Below, piece by piece: positions 1 to 10,065 of a DNA stretch of 64,000 nt. Numbering within the stretch: the first letter of the stretch is position 1; each line of letters starts with the position of its first letter. The notes beneath the pieces are model-generated. The model was not told the origin of the DNA. It saw only the letters and a program-made list of their open reading frames with translations, and ran no database searches. This DNA is from an uncultured delta proteobacterium (GTDB lineage Bacteria; Desulfobacterota; Binatia; UBA9968): assembly GCA_963737905.1 (NCBI GenBank), contig CAVTUQ010000026.1:32001-96000 (forward strand). The letters run 5' to 3'. Position numbers and translations under genes: made by a program.

Positions 1-2
1 CT

Positions 3-683
3 TTGCAGCTGGCGAAAGCCTACTCGACACTGGATGTGATGAGTGGCGGTCGTGCGGTTATGGGTGTTGGGCTCGGTGGCGGTCATCTTGGGTCGCATGA
101 AGATGTCTTCGGTTACACGCGCGAGGGGCGAGTAACCCGCTTTACTGAGGCTGTGCAAATCATGAAGCTCCTCTGGACCGAACCAAAGGCGAGTTTTCAA
201 GGACGCTATTGGAATTTTAGAGATGTTTCGATGGAACCGAAGCCGATGCAGAAACCACATCTGCCGATCTGGTTCGGGGGTCATCATGAGAACGCTCTGA
301 GACGCGCGGTCAAGTACGGTAACGGCTGGATGGGAGCCGGTTCTTCATCCTCGTCGGCGTTTATCCGCGACTCGGGGAAAATTCGTGACTTCCTAAATGA
401 GGCGAAGCGCGATCCGGCGACGTTTCATTTTGCCAAACGCGTGTATCTGGCCATCGACAACGATGAGGCGCGCGCGGAGCTGCGGATACGTGAGTGGTTT
501 GGCCGACGCTATAAGAATTCGGACGTCGGCCCGAAGGTATCCATCTGGGGCAGCGCTCCCAAGTGTACGGAAAAAATCCAGGAAATCGTACGAGCCGGCG
601 CGCAGCAGATTGTGTTCAATCCGATGTTCGACGAGATGGACCATCTCGAGATCTGCGCAAAAGAAATCATGCCGCATCTATAA
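3..683 (+). CDS. LLM-class (luciferase-like) flavin-dependent oxidoreductase, 5'-truncated by window edge
   Basis: Motifs LAKAYSTLDVMSGGRAVMGVG, PKPMQKPHLPIWFGG and ALRRAVKYGNGW are typical of the bacterial luciferase-like family. Confidence 0.9.
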   Translation: MQLAKAYSTLDVMSGGRAVMGVGLGGGHLGSHEDVFGYTREGRVTRFTEAVQIMKLLWTEPKASFQGRYWNFRDVSMEPKPMQKPHLPIWFGGHHENALRRAVKYGNGWMGAGSSSSSAFIRDSGKIRDFLNEAKRDPATFHFAKRVYLAIDNDEARAELRIREWFGRRYKNSDVGPKVSIWGSAPKCTEKIQEIVRAGAQQIVFNPMFDEMDHLEICAKEIMPHL

Positions 684-693
684 ATAAGGAGGA

Positions 694-746
694 AAGTTCA
701 AGCCGTTCAAAGCGTTCAAGTCGTTCAAGACGATTGATCATTGAAA
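694..746. repeat. GTTCAA-unit short tandem/palindromic intergenic repeat; second copy at 61122-61182
   Basis: gttcaagccgttcaaagcgttcaagtcgttcaagacg here; inverted ttgaac units at 61122-61160. Confidence 0.7.
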
Positions 747-856
747 CGCGCGGACCGGCACCCAAGGAAAAACGCTGAGCCACAACGGAGGGCGCCGAGT
801 GAACTGGTGAAGTAGGAAACGCATAAATAGCGGGGATCGGAAAAAGGAGCGATCAT

Positions 857-1270
857 ATGAAAGTCATTTACCACAAAGACCGGCCGCTGTTGGAATTTCC
901 CGACGAACCGTGGCGCCAGTCTTTACGGTTGGCGGTGAACCGATCTGCCGGGTCGAATTCTTTGTCTGTCTGGCTAGCTGAGATGGGAGATCACCACCGA
1001 ACACCGTTGCATTGGCACGACACTGAAGAAGTATTGGTCTTCCTCGAAGTCGATGGCGATGGCTTTGCGCGTGTCGGCGACGAGGAGCTTAAGATCGAAA
1101 CTCAAACCAGCGTAGTTGTCCCGCCCGGAACGGTTCATGCGTTCGGTCTCCGAGACGGACGTTTGCTGAAATCCATATCGATTCTGCCCGATGCCGACGC
1201 CGTGCCCGGGCACCGACTTCTGGAGAAGGGCGAAGAGAGCTTTGAGATGCCGGACCTGAAGAAGAAATAA
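857..1270 (+). CDS. Cupin domain protein
   Basis: TPLHWHDTEEVL and VPPGTVHAF cupin motifs; AAGGAG RBS. Confidence 0.85.
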   Translation: MKVIYHKDRPLLEFPDEPWRQSLRLAVNRSAGSNSLSVWLAEMGDHHRTPLHWHDTEEVLVFLEVDGDGFARVGDEELKIETQTSVVVPPGTVHAFGLRDGRLLKSISILPDADAVPGHRLLEKGEESFEMPDLKKK

Positions 1271-1585
1271 CGACAGAGCATAGAAAGTATCGGGGGACGA
1301 AGCTACGCGCATCGGAGTTCCTCTTTAGAGCCAGTCGCACAGAAACCCGCGCCATCACGCACAGAAAGAATCCTATTTACTGTGCGGTCACAAGCCAAAT
1401 GGCGTACAACCTTCCGGCCACGGAGACCTTCGCGACTAGCATAGTTGTAGGGGTGTATCCTTTCGGTTACACCAGTGTCTACAAAGTTACCTACTCGCGT
1501 TCTTCTGGAACGCGACTATGCGTCGTACAAGAAGAAATCTCCTTTAGTTCATTACATCCGGTCACTCTGTCAGACGTTCTGGTTA

Positions 1586-1601
1586 TGGCATCGCTATTGC
1601 G
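1586..1601 (+). promoter_or_regulatory. Sigma54 (-24/-12) promoter upstream of the membrane protein gene
   Basis: TGGCATCGCTATTGCG gives GG-N10-GC with TTGC. Confidence 0.6.
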
Positions 1602-1672
1602 CATCCCTGTGGCGATGCGCATGACCGCGGCCAGCTCACTTGTGGTACCAGGCGGGAAGAAAGGGGGGAAGA

Positions 1673-2152
1673 ATGTCGGCTAGGGCTAGGGTCTATTTAC
1701 ACGGCGTTATAGCAGGCATCATCGGAGCGGCAATCATCGCCATTCTGTTCCTATTCCTGGACGCAGTCGCTCGACTCCCCTTTTACACGCCTACCGTACT
1801 AGGAGCAGGACTTTTCGTGGGAGCAGAAGATCTCGCCGCGACTGAAGGAGTGGAGGTTTCTCTGAAGCTAGTTCTGATGTACACCTGGGTTCATTGGTTG
1901 GCCTTCATAGCCCTGGGTGTGATTGCGTCGCAGTTGCTTTCATTGACCAAGAAAAATCTCAATCTGGGCTTATCGATCTTTCTGCTTTTTCTCATTTTGG
2001 AATTTGGCTTTGTCGGCACTTGGTTTGTTTTAGCTGAGCCGGTTCTCGATGAGCTTGCGTGGACAACGGTGCTGCTCGGAAACCTTCTAGCCGCAATTGG
2101 GATGGCAATCTATCTTCAGTTTCGAAATCCTCGCCCGGCCCTCTCAGCCTGA
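1673..2152 (+). CDS. Hypothetical integral membrane protein, about 4 TM helices
   Basis: Four long hydrophobic segments; purine-rich RBS before ATG 1673. Confidence 0.75.
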   Translation: MSARARVYLHGVIAGIIGAAIIAILFLFLDAVARLPFYTPTVLGAGLFVGAEDLAATEGVEVSLKLVLMYTWVHWLAFIALGVIASQLLSLTKKNLNLGLSIFLLFLILEFGFVGTWFVLAEPVLDELAWTTVLLGNLLAAIGMAIYLQFRNPRPALSA

Positions 2153-2244
2153 TGGCAGCGACACGGCGAAGGGCTTCTCCCAGTGGGCTCAGATTGCGGG
2201 CCACCGGATTAACGTAAAACATAAGGCTAACACAGGATTGCGTT

Positions 2245-3488
2245 ATGACAGGAGCCACGGAGCAAGTTGAGACGGTCATCATAGGCGGCGGCCACGCAGG
2301 GCTGACGATGAGCTGCTATCTCAGTCAAGCTGGACGCGAGCATGTGATTCTCGAACGAGCCCGAGTGGGGGAGCGCTGGCGCAGCGAGCGCTGGGATTCT
2401 TTTTGTTTCCAATTTCCCAACTGGACGATCGAATTGCCCGGCTACAAATATCAATGCGACGATCCAGATGCCTTCGCGCCGGGTCGAGAGGTCGTGCGCT
2501 TCATCGAAGACTACGCGGCCTTTATCCAAGCACCGACGCGCTGCGGATGGAAGTGACTTCGCTGGAGCGAGCAGCAGATTCCAGCCGGTATCTACTCACG
2601 ACAAACAACGGCGCGATTGAAGCCGCGAATGTAGTGATCGCTACGGGTCCTTATCAACTGCCTGTAATACCGGCCATGAGCGCGCATATTCCGAAGGATA
2701 TCTTCCAGGTGCATTCCAGCGCCTATCGCAACGCGGCCCAGTTGCCCCCGGGCGCGGTGGTTGGTTGTGGGGAGCGGGGCTTCGGGCTGCCAGATCGCGG
2801 ACGATTTAAATCAATGCGGCCGCCAGGTCTATCTCTCGGTTGGCCGCCATAGCCGTAGGCCGAGAAAATATCGCGGCAAGGACTTCGCCTATTGGGTGTC
2901 TGCGCTGGGGACGACCGAGCAGATCGTCGATACGGTGCCGGCGGAGCTTAGGAAAGGATCTGAAATCTTACTTACCGGCGCCAATGGCGGTTACGATGTC
3001 GATTTACGAGCTATGGCCGCGACGCGGAGTAGACTTGCTAGGTCATTTACAAGGGATCAACGATAGTGAGTTGATACTTAGCAGATGATCTCACGCAGAA
3101 TCTCGCCAGAGGCGACGAGTCGCTGGAAAATTTCAAACGGGCCGCGGACGACTACATAACGAAGAATGGCTCGGAGTTTCCGGCCCAGCGGGAGCCAGCC
3201 GTAAAATCAGAGGTTCCGAGTCCGGTCTCGCGACTGAATCTTAAAGACGCGGGCGTGAGCGCCATTGTCTGGGCGAGCGGGTTTCGCTGCAATTTCGAAT
3301 GGGTGAAGCTGCCTATCTTCGACGATGGCGGCCAGCCGCTGCATCGTCGCGGTGTGACTCGATTGCCCGGCATCTATTTTCTTGGATTGCGCTGGCTCTA
3401 CAAGCGGAAATCAGCTTTTCTGCGTCAGTGCCTCAGGCGCGGAGGACGCGGCCTATCTGGCGGAGCAGATCGCGGCTCGGAACTGAGA
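2245..3488 (+). pseudogene. Flavin-containing monooxygenase / FAD-NAD(P)-binding oxidoreductase, frameshifted
   Basis: IGGGHAG FAD motif, GERWRSERWDSF, HSSAYRN, VVGSGASG NADPH motif, VWASGF and PGIYFLGL are spread over several frames; indels may be sequencing error. Confidence 0.8.
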
Positions 3489-3650
3489 TACAAAATTCCG
3501 TCACGCAATGAGTGATAAGAGTAAACCTAGGAATAGGCATGCCATGGCGCGACGCACTTGAACGGTAGCGTGATTAAGTTCGCCAATGCATGCGAAGAAG
3601 TATGTAAATGCTCGGGCATAACTGACGGATATGTGAAGGAGAGATAAATT

Positions 3651-4697
3651 ATGAACGAGCCGCGACAAAACACCGGTCCTGAATTATCGTACGCCGCGGC
3701 GATGCTCCATTTGATTATGGGGTTTCGGGTATCGCGAACCATCTTCGTAGCCGCCAAACTTGGACTTGCCGATCTTTTGCAAGATGGGCCGAGAACAAGT
3801 GAACAACTGGCGCGAACCACGGGAACCCACGCGCCATCGCTGTATCGCGTACTCCGCGCGCTGGTGAGTATCGGTGTGTTTTCCGGCGACGATGAACAAG
3901 GCTTTGCCCTCACATCGCTTGGCAACACTTTGCGGAGTGATGCGCCAGGATCGCTGCGTTATTGCGCGATGCTAGTTTTGGGCGATGAGCACTATCAAGC
4001 CTGGGGCGATCTCGCGCACAGTGTGCAAACGGGTGCGAGCGCGTTTCGCCATATCTTCGGAGCAAACACGTACGAATACGTTTCCCAACATCCGGAGCAC
4101 GCTAAGATTTTCAACGAGGCAATGGCGAATCTCACGGGATTTTACAATGCCGCGGTGCGGGACAGTTATTCCTTTTCCGGCATCGGTAAGGTTGTCGACG
4201 TAGGAGGCGGCGATGGCAGCCTTGTTATTGCGTTGCTTCGGGCTAATCCGGGAATGAAAGGAATCGTTTTCGACTTGCCCCAGGTTACGGAACGAGCGAA
4301 GCAACGAATCCGCGAGGCGGGGTTGGAGGAGCGCTGCGAAGTAATCACCGGCGACCAATTTGTCTCGGTGCCGAGCGGTGGCGATATGTATATTCTGTCG
4401 CGTTGCTTGGGCGCCTTTGATGACGCTCGCGTGATTCAACTGCTTAAGAGCTGTCGCGCGGTGATGCCTGAAAAAAGCAAACTAGTGCTCGTCGAACGGG
4501 TTCTTCCGGCTCGGTTAGGGGACTCAATCACGGCTCATCATGCCTTCATGTCGGATCTCAACATGTTGGTGAATACAGGCGGACAAGAGCGCACAGAGAC
4601 GGAGCACTGCGCGTTGTTGAAAGCGGCAGGCTTTCGGGTAACTAGCGTTGTCCCGACGCAATCCGAAATGAGCGTGGTGGAGTGCGTGCCGGCGTAG
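3651..4697 (+). CDS. O-methyltransferase (Methyltransf_2 with N-terminal dimerisation wHTH)
   Basis: VAAKLGLADLL, LYRVLRAL, VVDVGGGDG, FDLP, GGQERT. Confidence 0.9.
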   Translation: MNEPRQNTGPELSYAAAMLHLIMGFRVSRTIFVAAKLGLADLLQDGPRTSEQLARTTGTHAPSLYRVLRALVSIGVFSGDDEQGFALTSLGNTLRSDAPGSLRYCAMLVLGDEHYQAWGDLAHSVQTGASAFRHIFGANTYEYVSQHPEHAKIFNEAMANLTGFYNAAVRDSYSFSGIGKVVDVGGGDGSLVIALLRANPGMKGIVFDLPQVTERAKQRIREAGLEERCEVITGDQFVSVPSGGDMYILSRCLGAFDDARVIQLLKSCRAVMPEKSKLVLVERVLPARLGDSITAHHAFMSDLNMLVNTGGQERTETEHCALLKAAGFRVTSVVPTQSEMSVVECVPA

Positions 4698-4732
4698 CGT
4701 AATCTATATGCCCAAAACGTACGATATAGAAA

Positions 4733-4958
4733 GTCCGTCCGTGCCGCTCCTATACCGCGACGGTTTCCGTCCGCCGCCGCGGCTGTTGGAAACATGAAGA
4801 AAGCCACCGCCGGTGATATTGGGGAGCTGATGAACTGTTTGAAAGAAGCAGATCGTGACCGAGCTTGGGCCGAAATCGAGGAAAAGCTTAAGCGGTTTGA
4901 AGGACCGAACGGCTTTGAGGCGCCGGGTGAGGTGCTGCTTGGGGTCGGGACCAAGTAG
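4733..4958 (+). pseudogene. 3' remnant of a class I SAM methyltransferase paralogous to 12511-13349
   Basis: Encodes AWAEIEEKLKRFEGPNGFEAPGEVLLGVGTK*; DNA closely matches about 13125-13349. Confidence 0.85.
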
Positions 4959-5005
4959 GTGAGACTTTCCTGATCAATCACACCAGATGAAAGAGGAGCA
5001 AGGCA

Positions 5006-5698
5006 ATGGATTTCCAACAAGAAAGATATGCCCGGGGCGCGGCGGGCTACGATGAGCGGATACGCAAAACGTTTCCTTTCTACGAAACAATTCACACAGC
5101 AATCAACGCCGTGCTTCGTGTCTACTTGAAACCCGAAAGTGAGCTATTGATTGTCGGTGCCGGTACCGGGGCAGAGATCCTTGAACTCGGCAAAACAAAT
5201 CCGGGCTGGCGGTTTCTAGGCGTAGATCCGGCAAAGCCCATGCTGGATCTCGCGATGGAAAAGATCGAGGCCGCGGGACTTACTGATCGAGTCAGTTTGT
5301 TTAACGGCCTTGTCGGGGATCTCCCGATCGGCAAACTCTGCGACGGCGCCACTTCAGCGATGATCATGCACTTTGTTCCGGACGATGGTGGAAAAGTGGA
5401 ATTCCTTCGCGCCATAGCGGCACATCTAAAACCCGGCGCACCGTTCGTTCTAATGGATGCCCATGGTGATTTGAATGCACCAGAATCAGAGCTGATGATC
5501 GAGGCTTGGAAGCAACAGCAAGTTCTCGCCGGTATCAAACGGGAGGAAGTTGAAAGCGGTATGAAGGAGCGTATGAAGACTATTCAATTTGTATCTCCCT
5601 CGCGAATGGAAGAATTATTGGCCGAGGCCGGATTTCACCGGATTCAACGTTTCTTTCAGGTTTTCATATTGGGAGGCTGGATAGCATTTAAAGCTTAA
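5006..5698 (+). CDS. Class I SAM-dependent methyltransferase (CmoA-like subfamily)
   Basis: LLIVGAGTGAE, GVDPAKPML, HFVPDDGGK, HLKPGAP; GAGGAG RBS. Confidence 0.85.
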   Translation: MDFQQERYARGAAGYDERIRKTFPFYETIHTAINAVLRVYLKPESELLIVGAGTGAEILELGKTNPGWRFLGVDPAKPMLDLAMEKIEAAGLTDRVSLFNGLVGDLPIGKLCDGATSAMIMHFVPDDGGKVEFLRAIAAHLKPGAPFVLMDAHGDLNAPESELMIEAWKQQQVLAGIKREEVESGMKERMKTIQFVSPSRMEELLAEAGFHRIQRFFQVFILGGWIAFKA

Positions 5699-5792
5699 GA
5701 GAAAAGAAGCAGCGCCACGAACATTGCGGTCTACTGCGGGGTCAGACGGATCATTAGGGACTGTAACACTTGATTCGGGTCTAAGTTTAGGA

Positions 5793-5864
5793 ACCCTTCG
5801 ACAGTCTCAGGGTGAACGGTCTAAACACGAGCCGTTCGTGGTGAGGCTCTCGAACCATGAACGG
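5793..5864. repeat. REP-like palindromic element, CCCTTCGAC..CTCAGG family (related copies about 16675, 28112, 29110)
   Basis: cccttcgacagtctcagggtgaacgg ... ccgttcgtggtgaggctctcgaaccatgaacg. Confidence 0.65.
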
Positions 5865-5966
5865 CGAACACTATGAAGCTGTTAGGGTTCACTAGGAGTG
5901 TTGCATCTAGGCCACAGGCATAAAGAGATCATAGACCGAAGACACGACATCAACAGCAGGTGACGT

Positions 5967-7586
5967 ATGAACCAAACGTCTTCCCTCGCGGACTTTCTGG
6001 ATCGGTACAGTCGTCAGTATCCAGAGGACGTGTTTTTCGTCGATGCCGAAGTAGACGTCGAATACGAGTCCACGGCTTACTACAAACTTCTCGAAGAGGA
6101 AAACCCGCTCATTTGGTTTTCCAAAGTCAAAGGCTACCCGGACTTCCAGCTTGTGACCAACGTCATGGGCTCAAAACGACGAATGGCTTTTGCGCTAGGA
6201 CTGGACTCCGAATCCAAGCTTTACGAAACCTGGAATGAAACTTTGAACTCAAAGGGCGAAATACGAATATCCGACGAGAATCCGCCAATCAAAGAACGAA
6301 TTTTCCAAGGGAAGGATGTCGATCTCTACAGCCTTCCTGTGATTAAGCACTATTCCGGTGACGGCTCTCACACCGGCTTCGGGCGATACATCACTGCTGG
6401 GCTGGCCGTCGCAAGAGACCCGCTATCTCCCGAAACGATCAACATGAGCTTCACTCGAATCCAGATTATCGATAGGGATAAGTACGCCTTTGATATGGGA
6501 AGCAGAAGCCATTTCTCGCGCTACGTGCAATCTGCGGCCCAAAAGGGGGATTCGTTGCAAGTGTCCGTGATCGTCGGTGCCCATCCAGCATTCTACCTGC
6601 TCGCCGCCTCGTTCATTGAGAATGAATATTCCATTGCGGCAAAACTAATTGGCTCAACCTTCACAAACGGGGTGACAAACCATGTGCCTGTCCCCTCAGA
6701 AGCGGAGATTGTCATCGAAGCTGAGGTTGTCCCCAACGAGTACTATCAGGAAGGACCTTGCGGTGAATTCACCGGGTACATGGCAGCGAGAACGACGGGC
6801 AGTGTCGCCAAAGTAAAGGCGATCTTGAGAAGGGCGAGGCCGATCTACTATGACATCCAGCCATCCAATTCATACGAACACATCGGCCTCTTCACGACGA
6901 CACGCAAGGCAAAGATCAGCAGGATGCTGGCTGAGGTTTTGCCGCCCGGCGCAAGATATAAAATCGAATGGCCGCTGATTTCCGCGACTTTTCTGGCACT
7001 CTGCTCGTTACCGAATCCTGAACCTGGTATTGCCAAGCAGGCGGGCTTGGGGCTCTTGGCCTTAAATGCGTTGCTTTCGAAAATAGTCATGGTCAACGAA
7101 GGCGATTGCGAGCTGGAGCTGGAAAGATTTCTGGCCAACCTCTCGATCACGGGAGCACGAAACGGGGAAAACGTGCACATTATTACTGATGTCTTTGTCA
7201 TAAAACTCGATCCGACCGCCACTACCGAGGGAACCAATGGGAAATTGATCATCGTAACGAAAAACTCCGGCCTCCCCTTTCACAAATTGGTAACGACAGA
7301 CTGTGTGAGATTAGTATCGGGGAATTCGGAAGTGGTCATTTCCCATAAGCCGACGACTGAAGGGAGAGTAAATGTTGTAGTAGGCGACGACATCGACCTG
7401 CAAAATTCCAATCAGATCGTCTGGGCGCTTTCGACCAGACTCCGACCTGACAAAGATGTTGAATTCAGTGACGATGGCAAGATTTTGTTTGATACCACCC
7501 GAATTGAGGAAAAGCTCGAAGTGCCTACATTACCTCAGGAGGTAATCGAAAGAGTTGCGAATAAATTGCGAGAGGCTGCTCAATGA
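5967..7586 (+). CDS. UbiD-family (prFMN-dependent) decarboxylase
   Basis: DLYSLPVIKHYSGDG, RYITAG, EIVIEAEV, EGPCGEFTGY and DDIDL..VWALSTRLRPDKD motifs. Confidence 0.85.
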   Translation: MNQTSSLADFLDRYSRQYPEDVFFVDAEVDVEYESTAYYKLLEEENPLIWFSKVKGYPDFQLVTNVMGSKRRMAFALGLDSESKLYETWNETLNSKGEIRISDENPPIKERIFQGKDVDLYSLPVIKHYSGDGSHTGFGRYITAGLAVARDPLSPETINMSFTRIQIIDRDKYAFDMGSRSHFSRYVQSAAQKGDSLQVSVIVGAHPAFYLLAASFIENEYSIAAKLIGSTFTNGVTNHVPVPSEAEIVIEAEVVPNEYYQEGPCGEFTGYMAARTTGSVAKVKAILRRARPIYYDIQPSNSYEHIGLFTTTRKAKISRMLAEVLPPGARYKIEWPLISATFLALCSLPNPEPGIAKQAGLGLLALNALLSKIVMVNEGDCELELERFLANLSITGARNGENVHIITDVFVIKLDPTATTEGTNGKLIIVTKNSGLPFHKLVTTDCVRLVSGNSEVVISHKPTTEGRVNVVVGDDIDLQNSNQIVWALSTRLRPDKDVEFSDDGKILFDTTRIEEKLEVPTLPQEVIERVANKLREAAQ

Positions 7587-7700
7587 AAAACGTAACCTTC
7601 CTTCGTTTGATATTTCAGGAAGGTGCGATCGCGGCCTCGGAACGGGCGATCCGCTATCGATACATGTGAGATAGGGGCATCATCAAGGAAGGATTCTTCT

Positions 7701-8120
7701 ATGAGCCAGAAACCCGTCGTCACCATCGAAGACATCACGAACATGGCGCTCGAGGAACGCCGGCCGGGCTGCGACAAGGGAATGTTACACGAGGATGCGC
7801 CGGTGCAGACGGCGGTCTACCGAGTCCAGCCAGGGAGCGGCGTGCCGACGCACCTGCATGCGCGGGTCTACGATCTTTTCATCGGCGTGAAGGGGAATCT
7901 CGAAATTCGCTATGAAGGCGAGCACGGCAATGACATGTTCGTGCTCAAGCCCGGCGCGTTTTGTAGAGTGCCGCCCGGTGTGCGGCACGAATTATCGAAC
8001 CCGAGCAAGACAGAGGAAACGGTTTTCCTGCTCGTGCAAGCATCGCAGGAAAGTTTCGATTACGTCCCGGCGCCGTTCCGCACGATTGAGGCGGCGCTGC
8101 CGTTTTCGCCACGAAGCTGA
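7701..8120 (+). CDS. Cupin domain protein
   Basis: PGSGVPTHLH and VPPGVRHELSN. Confidence 0.85.
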   Translation: MSQKPVVTIEDITNMALEERRPGCDKGMLHEDAPVQTAVYRVQPGSGVPTHLHARVYDLFIGVKGNLEIRYEGEHGNDMFVLKPGAFCRVPPGVRHELSNPSKTEETVFLLVQASQESFDYVPAPFRTIEAALPFSPRS

Positions 8121-8186
8121 GCTGGGCCAGCTTCACACACTCGCGAGCAACTTGTCTCAGTAAATAAATAAGGAGGCAAAGGACAG

Positions 8187-9314
8187 ATGCCATACGTCGA
8201 GCAACATAAGGTTAAACGTTCGGGCATTGGACTGCGTGCTTGCGATCGCGATCGAGTCTTTGCCGGCTTTACGATGTTCGCGCCGCTGAGCGGCGACGGC
8301 AAGGTTTACCTGATCGATCTCGATGGCGAGGTCGTCCATACTTGGCAGATGCCTTATCCGCCGGGCCAGTATGGCTATCTCACGGAAAGAGGCACCTATT
8401 TCTATAACGGCAAGACCTCCGAGGACTCGACCCGTTTCATAACCAACAAACCCTGGAAAGGCGGCGCGGTATTGGAAGCTGACTGGAACGGCCGAGTCCT
8501 TTGGGAGGTGCGTCATCCAGACCATCACCACGATGGCATCAGACTGAGAAATGGTAACGTCTTGTTGATTTGTCTCGCTCAGTTGCCGCGCGATCTCATC
8601 TCCAGAATCAAAGGCGGATTGCCCAGTACAGAACATCACGGTGCAATGTACGGAGATTATCTTGTCGAAATGACGATCACGGGAGAAATTGTCTGGGAAT
8701 GGCGCACGTGGGAGCACCTCGATCCGGCGACAGATTGCATCACGGCTATGCAAGACCCGCGCGAGGCGTGGACGCATGCCAACGGTCTGGCGGAGTTCCC
8801 AAACGGAGACATCGCGTTGAGTTTTCGTCACATTTCAACGGTCATCATCGTTGAGCGCAAAACGGGGCAAATCATCTGGAAGCTCGGAGCGCCGCCTTTA
8901 TCGGGACAGCATGCGCCGACGCCGCTTCCCAATGGCAATCTTTTGCTCTTCGACAACGGCCCGCACCGGTTAGACCACTCGATGCCGTTCTCGCGTGTGT
9001 TCGAAGTCGAATTGGCGACCAAAGAGATCGTTTGGAAGTACCAGGAGCGGCGCGAATATGAATTTTTCAGCCCGCGTATGTCTAACGCTCAGCGATTACC
9101 GAACGGCAACACTTTGATCTGCGAGGCCGACTTTGGCCGGCTGTTCGAAGTGACGGCTGGAGGTGAATTGGTTTGGGAGTACGTCAACCCGTATTTCAAC
9201 GAAGGGCCAAACGGGTTAAATAATCGTGTCTTCCGCGCGTACAGATACAGTGCAACCGAGATCGCTAGAGCCAAAGCCACAGGCACTCTGGGCACTCCTG
9301 GCGGAGTCTCTTAA
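8187..9314 (+). CDS. Arylsulfotransferase (ASST)-family beta-propeller protein
   Basis: HHHDG, HAN, QHAP, LLFDNG, AQRLPNGNTLI and VWEYVNP motifs; AAGGAGG RBS. Confidence 0.85.
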   Translation: MPYVEQHKVKRSGIGLRACDRDRVFAGFTMFAPLSGDGKVYLIDLDGEVVHTWQMPYPPGQYGYLTERGTYFYNGKTSEDSTRFITNKPWKGGAVLEADWNGRVLWEVRHPDHHHDGIRLRNGNVLLICLAQLPRDLISRIKGGLPSTEHHGAMYGDYLVEMTITGEIVWEWRTWEHLDPATDCITAMQDPREAWTHANGLAEFPNGDIALSFRHISTVIIVERKTGQIIWKLGAPPLSGQHAPTPLPNGNLLLFDNGPHRLDHSMPFSRVFEVELATKEIVWKYQERREYEFFSPRMSNAQRLPNGNTLICEADFGRLFEVTAGGELVWEYVNPYFNEGPNGLNNRVFRAYRYSATEIARAKATGTLGTPGGVS

Positions 9315-9493
9315 CCATTTAAATCGGCCGTATAATATTCCTCGAAAAGAAAATGCTGGCAAATTTGGTACGCTGCTGTACACAGCGCCGCCGTAACTAA
9401 ACGCTCCAGCAAAGGCTGACCGCGAGATCAGAACAAAAATTTCCATGAAAATACACTTAGCCTTAGCAGAGGAATGACATAGGAGGTGATGCA

Positions 9494-9928
9494 ATAAGCG
9501 ATGTCCATGAGGGTGGTTGTCTTTGTCAGGCAATACGGTATCGCGTTAGGGGCGACCCGATGCGAGTCTCAACGTGTTACTGCACGTTTTGTCAACGCCG
9601 TACCGGCGGTGCGTTGAGCATTCATGCTTTCTTCGATGAGCAAAATATCGAGCTAAACGGCGATGGCCTTACTACGTACGAACATCACTCTGACGAAAGT
9701 GGTCTCTGGTTGCGACTACACTCCTGCAACCGGTGCGCAACAACTTTGATGTTGACTCTGGAAAAGTTTCCAGGCGTCCGAATCATCGCGGGCGGGACAT
9801 TCGACGACCCGAACTGGATCAGGATAGTTAAGCACGTCTGGACACGGTCGGCCCAGCACTGGATGATGTTTCCGCAGAATGTGGATTGCTTTGAGAAAAG
9901 CTGTCAGGGAGCTAGAACAACCCCATGA
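9494..9928 (+). CDS. GFA/CENP-V family Zn-binding protein with apparent ATA start codon
   Basis: In-frame upstream extension SDVHEGGCLC then CYCTFCQRRTG and CNRC; AGGAGG 7 nt before ATA at 9494. Confidence 0.8.
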   Translation: MSDVHEGGCLCQAIRYRVRGDPMRVSTCYCTFCQRRTGGALSIHAFFDEQNIELNGDGLTTYEHHSDESGLWLRLHSCNRCATTLMLTLEKFPGVRIIAGGTFDDPNWIRIVKHVWTRSAQHWMMFPQNVDCFEKSCQGARTTP

Positions 9929-10065
9929 AGTGGATTTGTATCACATGCGCCAGATTCCCCCTTCTGCTCGACTGATGCGGCTAAACCATTGGGTTGAAAG
10001 GGAGCGGGCGGACCACGCGCCTCACTCAATCTAAGGCGACGATACGCGAAGGAGAATTAAATGAT

